Shown: positions 20,185-28,838 of the stretch, one piece after another
Position numbering within the stretch: position 1 is the first letter of the stretch
Layout: each line of letters starts with the position of its first letter
Source of the DNA: Alphaproteobacteria bacterium
GTDB taxonomy: Bacteria; Pseudomonadota; Alphaproteobacteria; Bin95
Direction: 5' to 3'
DNA: 64,000 nt
Assembly (NCBI GenBank): GCA_965205265.1
Contig: CBDBGH010000003.1
Span: 3,936,001-4,000,000 of the forward strand
Translations under genes and position numbers: made by a program
The notes under the pieces: model-generated
Told to the model about the DNA's origin: nothing
What the model saw: only the letters and a program-made list of their open reading frames with translations
Database searches by the model: none

Positions 20185-20808
20185 TCACGGTTGCAGCCTC
20201 TCCCTCGTCCACGCCCCCCCTTCGGCGCGGCACACGATTCGGTCGTGCAGGCGGTGCTCTCCCCGCCGCCAGAACTCGATGCGCGAGGGCCGGAGCCGGA
20301 AGCCGCCCCAGAAGACCGGCCGCGGGATGTCGGCCCCGCCGAACCGCGCCTCCATCTCCGCAACGCGCGCCTCGAGCGCCGGCCGGTCCGCCACAGGCTC
20401 CGACTGGCGGGACGCCCAGGCGCCGATCCGGCTGCCGCGCTCACGGCTTTCGAAATAGGCGTCGGAGACCGCGTCCTCGACGCGCGCAACCCGTCCCTCC
20501 ACCCGCAATTGGCGGTCCAGAACGCGCCAGTGGAAGGTCAGCGCCGCCAGCGGCCGGGCGGCAAGCTCGCGGCCCTTGCGGCTTTCGTAGTTGGTGTAGA
20601 AGACCAGCCCTTGCGCCTCGACCGCCTTCACCAGCACGATGCGGCAGGACGGCATGCCGTCCGCGCCCACCGTGGCGAGCGCGGCGGCGTTGGCGTCCAC
20701 CGGCTCGCAGGCTTCGGCTTCCTCGATCCAGCGCCGGACGGCGCGCACCGGGTCGCGCCCGATTTCATCCTCTTCCGCGTCCAGGGCAATCGCTTTTGGA
20801 TTTGTCAT
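20185..20808 (-). CDS. pdxH: Pyridoxamine 5'-phosphate oxidase
   Basis: FYTNYESRKG, RQLRVEG, SRIGAWASRQS, WGGFR, RLHDR, RLQP. Confidence 0.95.
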   Translation of the reverse strand: MTNPKAIALDAEEDEIGRDPVRAVRRWIEEAEACEPVDANAAALATVGADGMPSCRIVLVKAVEAQGLVFYTNYESRKGRELAARPLAALTFHWRVLDRQLRVEGRVARVEDAVSDAYFESRERGSRIGAWASRQSEPVADRPALEARVAEMEARFGGADIPRPVFWGGFRLRPSRIEFWRRGEHRLHDRIVCRAEGGAWTRERLQP

Positions 20809-20821
20809 GCGTGAACACCCC

Positions 20822-20955
20822 CGTCATGCCCGAACGCCCCCTTCGACAAGCTCAGGGCAGGCTCCTCCGTCATACCCGGACTTGATCCGGGTATCTCTCT
20901 CCACCGCTTCCGCCGAACGGCCGCATGGATACCCGGAACAAGTCCGGGTATGACG
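20822..20955. repeat. Composite REP cluster
   Basis: CCTTCGACAAGCTCAGGGCAGGC module followed by an inverted CGTCATACCCGGACTTG(A)TCCGGGTATC pair. Confidence 0.85.
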
Positions 20956-21197
20956 GGAAGGGGATATGACCGGAAGAGCGTCGGGGCTTCGATTCGACCG
21001 GCGCCCTCGAAACCCGGTTGAATCCCGGTCACGCGCCCTGCTCGCAAATCTTCAAAGCGATTACCCTGCTTCCGCGTCTTGCATCCCTTGACGAACCGCC
21101 CCAAGAGCACCTTATTGGAGAGTGGATATCCACAATAGGCCGGCCCGCTGCCGAGGCAAGCGCGCGGTTCCGGCCGGAACCAAGGGGCGGTTTTCCG

Positions 21198-21674
21198 ATG
21201 AAACAAGCACTCGCCGTTGCGGCAGCCGTCTTCCTGCTGGCCGCCTGCGGCCCCGATCAGGGCCCCAAGCAGACCCTCGGCACCATTATCGGCGGCGTCG
21301 GCGGCGCCGTGCTCGGCAATGAGGTCGGCAAGGGCCGCGGGCGCAAGGTGGCGATCGCCGCCGGCACGCTGCTCGGCGCCATGCTCGGCAGCCGGCTCGG
21401 CCGCCAGCTGGACGAAGCCGACCGCATTGTGGCCGCGGAGACCACGCAGGGCGCGCTGGAACGCGGGCGCACCGGCGACCGGTCGGAATGGGAGAATCCG
21501 GACAGCGGCAATTCGGGCTGGGTCGTGCCGACGCGCACCTGGCAGGAGGATTCCGGCCGGTATTGCCGCGAGTACCAGACCGGCATCGTCGTCGGCGGCG
21601 AGGAGCAGACCGCCTACGGCACGGCCTGCCGCCAGCCGGACGGCAGCTGGAAAATCGTCCAGCCCGCGGCCTGA
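21198..21674 (+). CDS. 17-kDa surface antigen-like lipoprotein (glycine zipper)
   Basis: Lipobox LLAAC, glycine zipper, WENPDSGNSG, CREY, YGTACRQPDGSW. Confidence 0.92.
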   Translation: MKQALAVAAAVFLLAACGPDQGPKQTLGTIIGGVGGAVLGNEVGKGRGRKVAIAAGTLLGAMLGSRLGRQLDEADRIVAAETTQGALERGRTGDRSEWENPDSGNSGWVVPTRTWQEDSGRYCREYQTGIVVGGEEQTAYGTACRQPDGSWKIVQPAA

Positions 21675-22531
21675 TGCGCGACCCCTATGCGGCGCTCGGT
21701 TGCCCGCGCGACGCCGACGCCGGAACGCTGAAGCGCGCTTACCGGCGTATCGTCAAGGAGAACCACCCGGACCGCAATCCGGGCGACGCGAACGCCGAGG
21801 CGCGTTTCAAGGAAGCCGCCTCCGCATGGGACCTGCTGGGCGACCCGGACAAACGCGCCCGCTTCGACCGGGGCGAGATCGACGCCGAGGGCCGCGAGCG
21901 CGCGCCATTCGGCGGGTTCGGCAATTTCGGCACACAGGGCGGGTTCGACCCCGGAGACCTGTTCGGCGACATCTTCTCCGGCTTCCGCAACCGCCCCAGG
22001 CGCGGCGCCGACATGCGCTACCGGGTCGCGGTGCCGTTCATCGACGCGGCCAAAGGCGGCACGGTGCGGCTCACCCTGAAATCCGGGCGGAGCATCGCGC
22101 TCAAGGTGCCGCCCGCCACGGAGGACGGCGCGCGGCTCAGGCTTGCCGGGCGCGGCGAACCCGGCCCGTCCGGCGGGCCGCCCGGCGATGCGGAGGTCGA
22201 GATTTCGGTCGAGCCGCATCCCTGGTTCCGGCGCGAAGGCCGCACCGTCCTGGTCGATCTGCCGGTCTCGCTCGCCGAGGCCGTCCGGGGCGGCAGGGTG
22301 CGCGCGCCGACGCTGGACGGCCCGGTGACGGTGCGGATCGCGCCGATGACGAGCTCAGGCGCGCGGCTGAGACTGAAGGGCAAGGGCGTGCCCGACCCCG
22401 AGGGCGGCCCGCGCGGCGACCAGATCCTGCGCGTGATGATCCAGCTCCCGCGCGACCCCGACCCGGCGCTTGCCGAGGCGGCCGAGGACCGCGCGGACGC
22501 GGACCCCCGCGTCGAAGCCGGGATGGCCTGA
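21674..22531 (+). CDS. DnaJ-class chaperone (CbpA-like)
   Basis: J domain with HPD, short G/F region, DnaJ C-terminal domain, no Zn fingers. Confidence 0.92.
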   Translation: MRDPYAALGCPRDADAGTLKRAYRRIVKENHPDRNPGDANAEARFKEAASAWDLLGDPDKRARFDRGEIDAEGRERAPFGGFGNFGTQGGFDPGDLFGDIFSGFRNRPRRGADMRYRVAVPFIDAAKGGTVRLTLKSGRSIALKVPPATEDGARLRLAGRGEPGPSGGPPGDAEVEISVEPHPWFRREGRTVLVDLPVSLAEAVRGGRVRAPTLDGPVTVRIAPMTSSGARLRLKGKGVPDPEGGPRGDQILRVMIQLPRDPDPALAEAAEDRADADPRVEAGMA

Positions 22532-22546
22532 CGCGGGAACGCCGGC

Positions 22547-23962
22547 TCAGTCGTCGTCCACCTCCGGCATCAGCACGAACTCCGGATAGGCCTCGATGCC
22601 GAGCTCGGCGGCGTCCTGGCCGAGTTCCTCGACCGTCTCGGACACGCGCGCGCCCATCGTGTATTTGAGGCCGAGCCAGATGAGCAGCGAGGCGCCGAAG
22701 ACGAAGGCGCCGACGGCCAGCACGCCGGTGAGCTGGACCAGCACGTCGCCGCCCGCGGCGATGCAGACCGCCATCGTGCCCCAGATGCCGGCGAAGAGAT
22801 GCGCCGGGACCGCGCCCACCACATCGTCGATCCTGAGCACCTCTAGGAATTTCAGGCCCGCGGTGGTGACCGCGCCGCCGACCAGGCCGATGACGACCGC
22901 CCAGTAATGCTCGACGATGTCCGGCCCGGCGGTGATCGCGACCAGGCCGCCGATGGCGCCGTTCAGGCCCGCCAGCAGGTCGATGCGCCCGAACAGCGGC
23001 CGCGCCAGCGCCAGCGCGGCCAGCACGCCGGCGGCAGCCGCAAGGTTGGTGTTGGCGAGGATGTTGGCGAGCGCGACCGCGTCCGCCGCGCCGCCCAGCG
23101 CCAGCTGCGAGCCGCCGTTGAAGCCGAACCAGCCGAGCCAGAGGATGAAGACGCCGAGCGTGACGGCCGGCACGTTGGAGGGCGGCGTTGCCCTCGGGGA
23201 GCCGTCGGCGCGGAACTTGTGCTTACGGGGCCCGACGATCACCGCGCCGGCGAGCGCCGCCCAGCCGCCGGTGGAGTGGACGATGGTGGAGCCGGCGAAG
23301 TCCTGGAAGCCCAGCGCCGAGAGCCAGCCGCCGCCCCAGGTCCAGGCGCCGACGATGGGATAGACGATGGCGGTCAGGATGGCGATGAAGACGAAGAACG
23401 AGGGGAGCTTGACGCGCTCGGCCAGCGTGCCGGAGACGATGGAGGCCGTCGTCGCCACGAACACCATCTGGAAGAACCAGTCGGACATGACGGCATAGCC
23501 GTTGCCGACCACGGCCTCGGCCGCGCCGGCATCGCCGCCGAGGAGCGCGATCTCGTCGGCGCTCGTGCCGTAGAGGAAGGTGAAGGTCCCGATCCAGCCG
23601 CCCTCTTCCACGCCGACATACATGAGGTTGTAGCCGAGGAAGTAGAAGGTGAGCCCGGCGATGGAATAGAGGCCGATATTCTTCAGGCAGATGACCGAGG
23701 CGTTCTTGGTGCGCACCGAGCCCGATTCGAGCATGGTGAAGCCGGCGCACATCCACATGACGAGCGCGCCCCAGACGAGGAAGGCGAAGCTGTCGAGGAC
23801 GAATTTCGTCTCCCCCTCGACGGCCGCCCCGGCGGCGTCGGGGTACAGCAGGAAAAGCGACGCCGTCAGGACGGCGAGGACCGCCGCAATCCGGGGCGCG
23901 GGTGAAACAGCGGACAGCCTTTCTTGCGGGCGAAAACCGGCTCTTTCCTTTGCATGCTTCAT
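22547..23962 (-). CDS. amt: Ammonium transporter
   Basis: GFTMLESG, FFQMVF, DFAGSTIVH, WFGFNGGS, IDDVVGA. Start chosen by the GGGAGG RBS. Confidence 0.95.
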   Translation of the reverse strand: MKHAKERAGFRPQERLSAVSPAPRIAAVLAVLTASLFLLYPDAAGAAVEGETKFVLDSFAFLVWGALVMWMCAGFTMLESGSVRTKNASVICLKNIGLYSIAGLTFYFLGYNLMYVGVEEGGWIGTFTFLYGTSADEIALLGGDAGAAEAVVGNGYAVMSDWFFQMVFVATTASIVSGTLAERVKLPSFFVFIAILTAIVYPIVGAWTWGGGWLSALGFQDFAGSTIVHSTGGWAALAGAVIVGPRKHKFRADGSPRATPPSNVPAVTLGVFILWLGWFGFNGGSQLALGGAADAVALANILANTNLAAAAGVLAALALARPLFGRIDLLAGLNGAIGGLVAITAGPDIVEHYWAVVIGLVGGAVTTAGLKFLEVLRIDDVVGAVPAHLFAGIWGTMAVCIAAGGDVLVQLTGVLAVGAFVFGASLLIWLGLKYTMGARVSETVEELGQDAAELGIEAYPEFVLMPEVDDD

Positions 23963-24056
23963 GATTCCTCCCAGAGCGGCGGTCCCTGCGGACCGCGACG
24001 CCATCGTTCCGCGGGAAATGCAAGAGCGGGCGCATTATACCCGATTCGCATGCCGC

Positions 24057-24476
24057 CTAACCCGTCCGTTTCCTGCGCGGCCGGCCTCCTTTCGCGCCGT
24101 TCGTGCGGGACGCGGCGGCTTTGGCGGGCGTTGTGGTGCGACCGGCCCTGCGCGCCCACTCCTTCGCCATCCAGTCCCGCGTGCCGAACACGCCGGCGAC
24201 CAGGGCGGGGACATAAAGGTCGGCGTCGAGCGCGGGCCAGTGCAGGTTGAAGCCCGCGCCGTCGACCGCGACGCCGGACAACGCCTCATCGTCCGCGCCC
24301 TGCAACTCCTGGGCCAGCTCCGCGGGAAAGATGTAGGTACAGCCATTCGCGAGTTCGACCGCTACGCGGCCCGTTTCGCGGTCGTAGCGCGCTGCAACGG
24401 CCCGGGGCTCGGACTTCATCATCTCGCGGCCGCGCGCTTCGGCGGCCTCGAACCCGGAGTCAGTCAGATCGACCAT
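24057..24476 (-). CDS. DUF2442-family antitoxin (extended form)
   Basis: LHWPALDADLYVPAL; tail AKAAASRTNGAKGGRPR. Confidence 0.88.
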   Translation of the reverse strand: MVDLTDSGFEAAEARGREMMKSEPRAVAARYDRETGRVAVELANGCTYIFPAELAQELQGADDEALSGVAVDGAGFNLHWPALDADLYVPALVAGVFGTRDWMAKEWARRAGRTTTPAKAAASRTNGAKGGRPRRKRTG

Positions 24477-24708
24477 GAATACGCTCCCATTCCCGCATGA
24501 GCCGGTTCCGGTGCTCTGTCACCTCCGCAAGCAGGCGCCGCATATCCGACTTCTTGATGCCGATGACATCCACAACTTCCGGGCGACCGTCCGACCCAAG
24601 CAGATCGACCTTCGCCCGCCCCGCCCCGACGATATGAACATGCGCCGGCTCGTGGTCCTGGGTGTAGATGACGACCCGGAAGCCGTGAGCACGGTGAACG
24701 ACGACCAT
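24460..24708 (-). CDS. DUF4160-family toxin
   Basis: GFRVVIYTQDHEPAHVH...WERIHG. Overlaps the DUF2442 gene. Confidence 0.88.
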   Translation of the reverse strand: MVVVHRAHGFRVVIYTQDHEPAHVHIVGAGRAKVDLLGSDGRPEVVDVIGIKKSDMRRLLAEVTEHRNRLMREWERIHGRSD

Positions 24709-24870
24709 AAATCACTATAACCCATCCGTTGGGTTTTTGCAGGCGGTCGGTCACGCATATATTTGCACGGAACGGAGGTCAAGCAGGACGCCCGATCGCT
24801 TTCATCTCCCCTTCTTCGGAATCGGTTCCCGGCAGGCTATGGTGTTGCGGCAGTCGAGGCGGAGGCGGCG

Positions 24871-25914
24871 ATGACGGAGCGGGCGGCGTTCTACGAGGAG
24901 ATCGGAGCGCGCAACCTGGCGCCGCTCTGGGAGGTCATGGCCGGGCTGATCACGCCCGAGCCCGCCAGCGCCTGCCGGCCCGCGCTCTGGCGCTGGGACG
25001 AGGTGCGCGGCCCGGTCATGGAATCGGGCGCCGTCATCAGCGCGGCGGAGGCCGAGCGGCGCGTGCTGGTGCTGGAGAATCCGGGGCTCAGGGGCACCTC
25101 GCGCATCACCACCTCGCTCTATGCCGGCTTGCAGCTCGTTCTGCCCGGCGAGGTCGCGCCCGCCCACCGCCACAGCCAGTCGGCGCTGCGCTTCGTGGTG
25201 GAGGGCGAAGGCGCCTACACCGCGGTCGAGGGCGAGCGCACCACCATGGCGGAGGGCGATTTCGTCATCACCCCGCACTGGACCTGGCACGACCACGGCA
25301 ACGACTCCGACCGGGCGATGATCTGGCTCGACGGGCTGGACATCCCGATGGTGCAGTTGTTCGACGCCTCCTTCGCCGAACGGCTCGGCGACGACCGCCA
25401 GCCGCTCTCGCGGCCGGAGGGCGACAGCCTCGCCCGCTACGGCCAGGGGCTGCTGCCGGTGGACCACGAGCCGGGCTCGCCGGCCTCGCCGGTGTTCAAC
25501 TATCCCTATGCCCGCTCGCGCGAGGCGCTGGAGGCCATGCGCCGGCGCGAGGCCTGGGACCCCTGCCACGGGCTGAAGCTGCGCTACGCCAACCCGGTGG
25601 ACGGCGGCTACGCCATGCCCACCATCGCCGCGCATCTGCAGCTGCTGCCTGCCGGCTTCGAGACGGCAAGCTATCGCGCGACGGACGCGGCGGTGTTCGC
25701 GGTCGTGGAAGGCCGCGGCGAGACGCGCATCGGCGATGAGGCGGTGTTCGCCTGGGGGCCGCGCGACATTTTCGTGGCGCCGAGCTGGCACGGCGTGAGG
25801 CACAGCGCCGCCGAAGACGCCGTGCTGTTCAGCTTCTCGGACCGCGTCGTGCAGGAAAAGCTCGGCCTCTGGCGCGAAGACCGCGGCAACGCCCGGACGG
25901 GGGACGCAGGATGA
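24871..25914 (+). CDS. gtdA: Gentisate 1,2-dioxygenase
   Basis: AERRVLVLENPG, APAHRHSQSALRF, WHDHGN, WLDGLDIP, SFSDRVVQEKLG. Confidence 0.92.
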   Translation: MTERAAFYEEIGARNLAPLWEVMAGLITPEPASACRPALWRWDEVRGPVMESGAVISAAEAERRVLVLENPGLRGTSRITTSLYAGLQLVLPGEVAPAHRHSQSALRFVVEGEGAYTAVEGERTTMAEGDFVITPHWTWHDHGNDSDRAMIWLDGLDIPMVQLFDASFAERLGDDRQPLSRPEGDSLARYGQGLLPVDHEPGSPASPVFNYPYARSREALEAMRRREAWDPCHGLKLRYANPVDGGYAMPTIAAHLQLLPAGFETASYRATDAAVFAVVEGRGETRIGDEAVFAWGPRDIFVAPSWHGVRHSAAEDAVLFSFSDRVVQEKLGLWREDRGNARTGDAG

Positions 25915-26795
25915 CCGGACTCGACACGGGCCTGACGGCCTGGCGGATGACGAGCAACCACAACCGGATGATCGCACTGCAGGCCGACCGCTCGCCGGCG
26001 CGCGACGGGCCGGTCGAGATCGCCTATTTCGGCAGCTCGGCCTTCCGGATCGCCTCGCCGAAGGGGGTCACCGTCATGGTCGATCCCTGGCGCAACCACC
26101 CCTCGCGCCGCTGGGACTGGTATTTCCGCGACTTCCCGGTGACGGCAGTGGATATCGGCGCGTCCACCCATGCGCATTTCGACCATGACGCGCTGCACCG
26201 GCTGGATGCGCATGTGCTGCTCGACAGGCCGATCGGCCGCTACGAGTTCGCCGATGTCGCCATTCGCGGCATTGCCGACAAGCACGCCACGGACTCGAGC
26301 CAGGCGCTCTACGACTTCAAGAAGATCCACCGGGCCTTCGGCGGCGCGGACATCGAGCCGCCGGACAATCCGCGCTCCTGGGACAACTGCCTCATCACGG
26401 TCGAGACCGGGGGGCTGCGCATCCTCCACTGGGGCGACAACCGCCACAACCCGCCGCCGGAGGTCTGGGAGGCGCTCGGGCGGATCGACATCGCGCTGCT
26501 GCCCGTGGACGGCTCGCAGCACGTCATGGGCTTCGCTATGGTGGAGCACATCATCGACACGCTCCGGCCCCGCGTCGTCATCCCGCACCACTACTACATC
26601 TGGGACGTGGTGCAGCGGCAGAGCACGCTGCAACCGGCCGACGCCTGGGTGGACGCGCGCGCCGGCGCGGAAAAGCTCGACGGCCCGAGCCGCGCTTACA
26701 CGGCGGCGGACATTCGCGGCCTCGACCGGGCGGTCCATTTCTTCGGCGACCATGTGGCCTTCGACCGGGAGGCCTGGCACCGCGACAGCGGCTGA
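25911..26795 (+). CDS. Metallo-beta-lactamase-fold hydrolase
   Basis: STHAHFDH, HWGD, IPHHY. Confidence 0.85.
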   Translation: MTGLDTGLTAWRMTSNHNRMIALQADRSPARDGPVEIAYFGSSAFRIASPKGVTVMVDPWRNHPSRRWDWYFRDFPVTAVDIGASTHAHFDHDALHRLDAHVLLDRPIGRYEFADVAIRGIADKHATDSSQALYDFKKIHRAFGGADIEPPDNPRSWDNCLITVETGGLRILHWGDNRHNPPPEVWEALGRIDIALLPVDGSQHVMGFAMVEHIIDTLRPRVVIPHHYYIWDVVQRQSTLQPADAWVDARAGAEKLDGPSRAYTAADIRGLDRAVHFFGDHVAFDREAWHRDSG

Positions 26796-26797
26796 GG

Positions 26798-27190
26798 CTA
26801 TTCCGGACCGCCCTGCCCCGGCGGCAGGCGCCTGTCCTTCTCCGCGCGATCCTCCAGCGCGCCGGCCAGATCGTCCTCCGCGCGTTCGAGCCGGTCCTGC
26901 ATCCGGTCCTGCCGCTCCTCGATCCGGTCCATACGGCTGTCGATCCGCTCGATGCTGCGGTCGAGCTTGTCCTCCATCCGCTCCAGGCTTTGCGCCATGC
27001 GGTCCACGCTCTCCCCCATCCGGTCCACGCTTTCGCTCAGCCGGTCCACGCCCTCGCCGATGCGGTCGATGCCCTCGCCCAGACGGTCCATGGAGCGGCG
27101 CATATAGGAGCGCAGCCAAAAGACCCCCGCGGCGATGACGGCGAGCGCGAGCCAGGGCGCCAGTTCGGTGAGGAGGGAGGACACGGACAT
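26798..27190 (-). CDS. Small membrane-anchored protein with heptad repeats
   Basis: One TM helix, then MDRLGEG-IDRIGEG-VDRLSES-VDRMGES-VDRMAQS repeats. Confidence 0.75.
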   Translation of the reverse strand: MSVSSLLTELAPWLALAVIAAGVFWLRSYMRRSMDRLGEGIDRIGEGVDRLSESVDRMGESVDRMAQSLERMEDKLDRSIERIDSRMDRIEERQDRMQDRLERAEDDLAGALEDRAEKDRRLPPGQGGPE

Positions 27191-27206
27191 GGGCGGCAGG
27201 CTCCCG

Positions 27207-27974
27207 TCAGATCGGCGGCACGCCCAGCAGGTCGAGCAGCCGGCGGACCTCATTGCGGGCCGCGACATGGCTCATGGAGAGCGACCGTTCGATGCCGGGC
27301 TGGCGCAGGTCCATCAGCCCGAGCCCGTCCGGGAACATCTCGCGGAAGATCGTGCGCTCGCCGAAGCCGGGCGCGATGTCGAACGCGAAGCGCCCGGCGA
27401 GGTCCCGCAGAAGGCCGCGGACTTCGCGCGTATTGTGCGAATCGACCTGGCGCACCCGGTTCAGCATCACGATCCAGTCGAGCGCCTTGCGGCCGGAGCT
27501 GGCGCGCACCATGCGCTGCTTCCAGACCATCTCCGCATAGACGCCCGGACGCGCCGAGGAGCGGGTGCCGGGGTCCAGCCGCCCGATCAGGTCCAGATCG
27601 ACATGGCTGTCGTTCAGCGGCGTGATGAGCACATCCGCATGGGCATGGGCGCGCTGGGCCGCCGGGTCGGGCCGGCCCGGGGTGTCGACCACCACGGCGT
27701 CGTGGCGCGCGGCGAGCGCCTCCAGCGCCCCGTCCAGCGCCTCCGGCCCGTCGGCGGTCTCGACCTCCGGCTCCGGCAGCGCGGTCCCGGTGCGTTCCGC
27801 ATAGGCGCGGCGGTTCCCGACCTGGCGCGACAGCGTCGCCTGGCGGGGGTCGAGGTCGATGCAGCCGACGGATTTGCCGGCGCGCAGCAGGCCGACGACG
27901 AGATTGAACGCCACCGTGGACTTGCCGGTGCCGCCCTTCTCATTGCCGAGGACATAGATACGAGTTTCGGTCAT
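27207..27974 (-). CDS. mipZ: Division-plane positioning ATPase MipZ
   Basis: GNEKGGTGKST, DLDPRQ, DTPG, TPLNDS, ERTIFREMFPDGL, SMSHVAARNE. Confidence 0.92.
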   Translation of the reverse strand: MTETRIYVLGNEKGGTGKSTVAFNLVVGLLRAGKSVGCIDLDPRQATLSRQVGNRRAYAERTGTALPEPEVETADGPEALDGALEALAARHDAVVVDTPGRPDPAAQRAHAHADVLITPLNDSHVDLDLIGRLDPGTRSSARPGVYAEMVWKQRMVRASSGRKALDWIVMLNRVRQVDSHNTREVRGLLRDLAGRFAFDIAPGFGERTIFREMFPDGLGLMDLRQPGIERSLSMSHVAARNEVRRLLDLLGVPPI

Positions 27975-28031
27975 TTCGGGCCGTTTCATGCTACATGCAG
28001 GCCCATGGCCGCAAGAGCCGGAGGCAAGGAA

Positions 28032-28808
28032 ATGCGGATAGGCATCATCGGAGCCGGCGGGCGCATGGGCGGGCTGCTGGTGGAACTTGTGCGCGCGGCG
28101 GACGACCTGGAGCTCGCCGCGGCCTGCGAAGCGCCGGGCCATCCGGCCATCGGGCGCGACCTCGGCGGCGGCATCGCCATAGGGGACGACGCGGCGGCGG
28201 TGTTCGAGGCGGCCGAGGCGGCGATCGAATTCACCCTGCCCGGCCCGACCGTCGAGCATGCCGCGATGGCGGCCGCGGCCGGCACGCGCCATGTCATCGG
28301 CACCACCGGCCTCGATGCCGGGCAGGAGGCCGCGCTCGCGAAGGCGGCGGAGGCCCTGCCCATCGTCTATGCGCCCAATATGAGCGTGACCGTGAACGCG
28401 CTGTTCGCAACCGTCGAGCGCATGGCGGGCTTGCTTGGCGAGGAATACGACATCGAAATCTTCGAGATCCACCACAAGCACAAGGTGGATGCGCCCTCGG
28501 GCACGGCGGTCGGCCTCGGCCGGGCGGCGGCGGCGGGGCGCGGCGCCGATCTGGACGGGATCGCGCAATGGAGCCGCGAGGGCCACACCGGTGCGCGGCG
28601 CGCGGGCGATATCGGCTTCGCCACCCTGCGCGGCGGCAATGTGGTGGGCGAGCACACGGTCATGTTCGTCGCCGAGGGCGAGCGGCTCGAATTCACCCAT
28701 CGCTGCATGGACCGCTCGCTGTTCGCGCGCGGCGCGTTGCGCGCGGTGCGCTGGTCGGCGGGCAAGCCGCCCGGCCTCTACTCCATGCGCGACATTCTGG
28801 GCCTCTGA
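28032..28808 (+). CDS. dapB: 4-hydroxy-tetrahydrodipicolinate reductase
   Basis: GAGGRMG, GTTG, EIHHKHKVDAPSGTA, RGGNVVGEH. Confidence 0.96.
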   Translation: MRIGIIGAGGRMGGLLVELVRAADDLELAAACEAPGHPAIGRDLGGGIAIGDDAAAVFEAAEAAIEFTLPGPTVEHAAMAAAAGTRHVIGTTGLDAGQEAALAKAAEALPIVYAPNMSVTVNALFATVERMAGLLGEEYDIEIFEIHHKHKVDAPSGTAVGLGRAAAAGRGADLDGIAQWSREGHTGARRAGDIGFATLRGGNVVGEHTVMFVAEGERLEFTHRCMDRSLFARGALRAVRWSAGKPPGLYSMRDILGL

Positions 28809-28838
28809 TCCGGGAGGACCGCGGCAACCGGCACAGAC

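Noticed and set aside
24005-24870. Flanking direct repeat around the second DUF4160/DUF2442 pair, and a sigma54 promoter for amt
   Set aside because: Only a ~9-bp GCGA(A)TCGGG similarity was found. The TTGC upstream of amt lacks the GG at -24.
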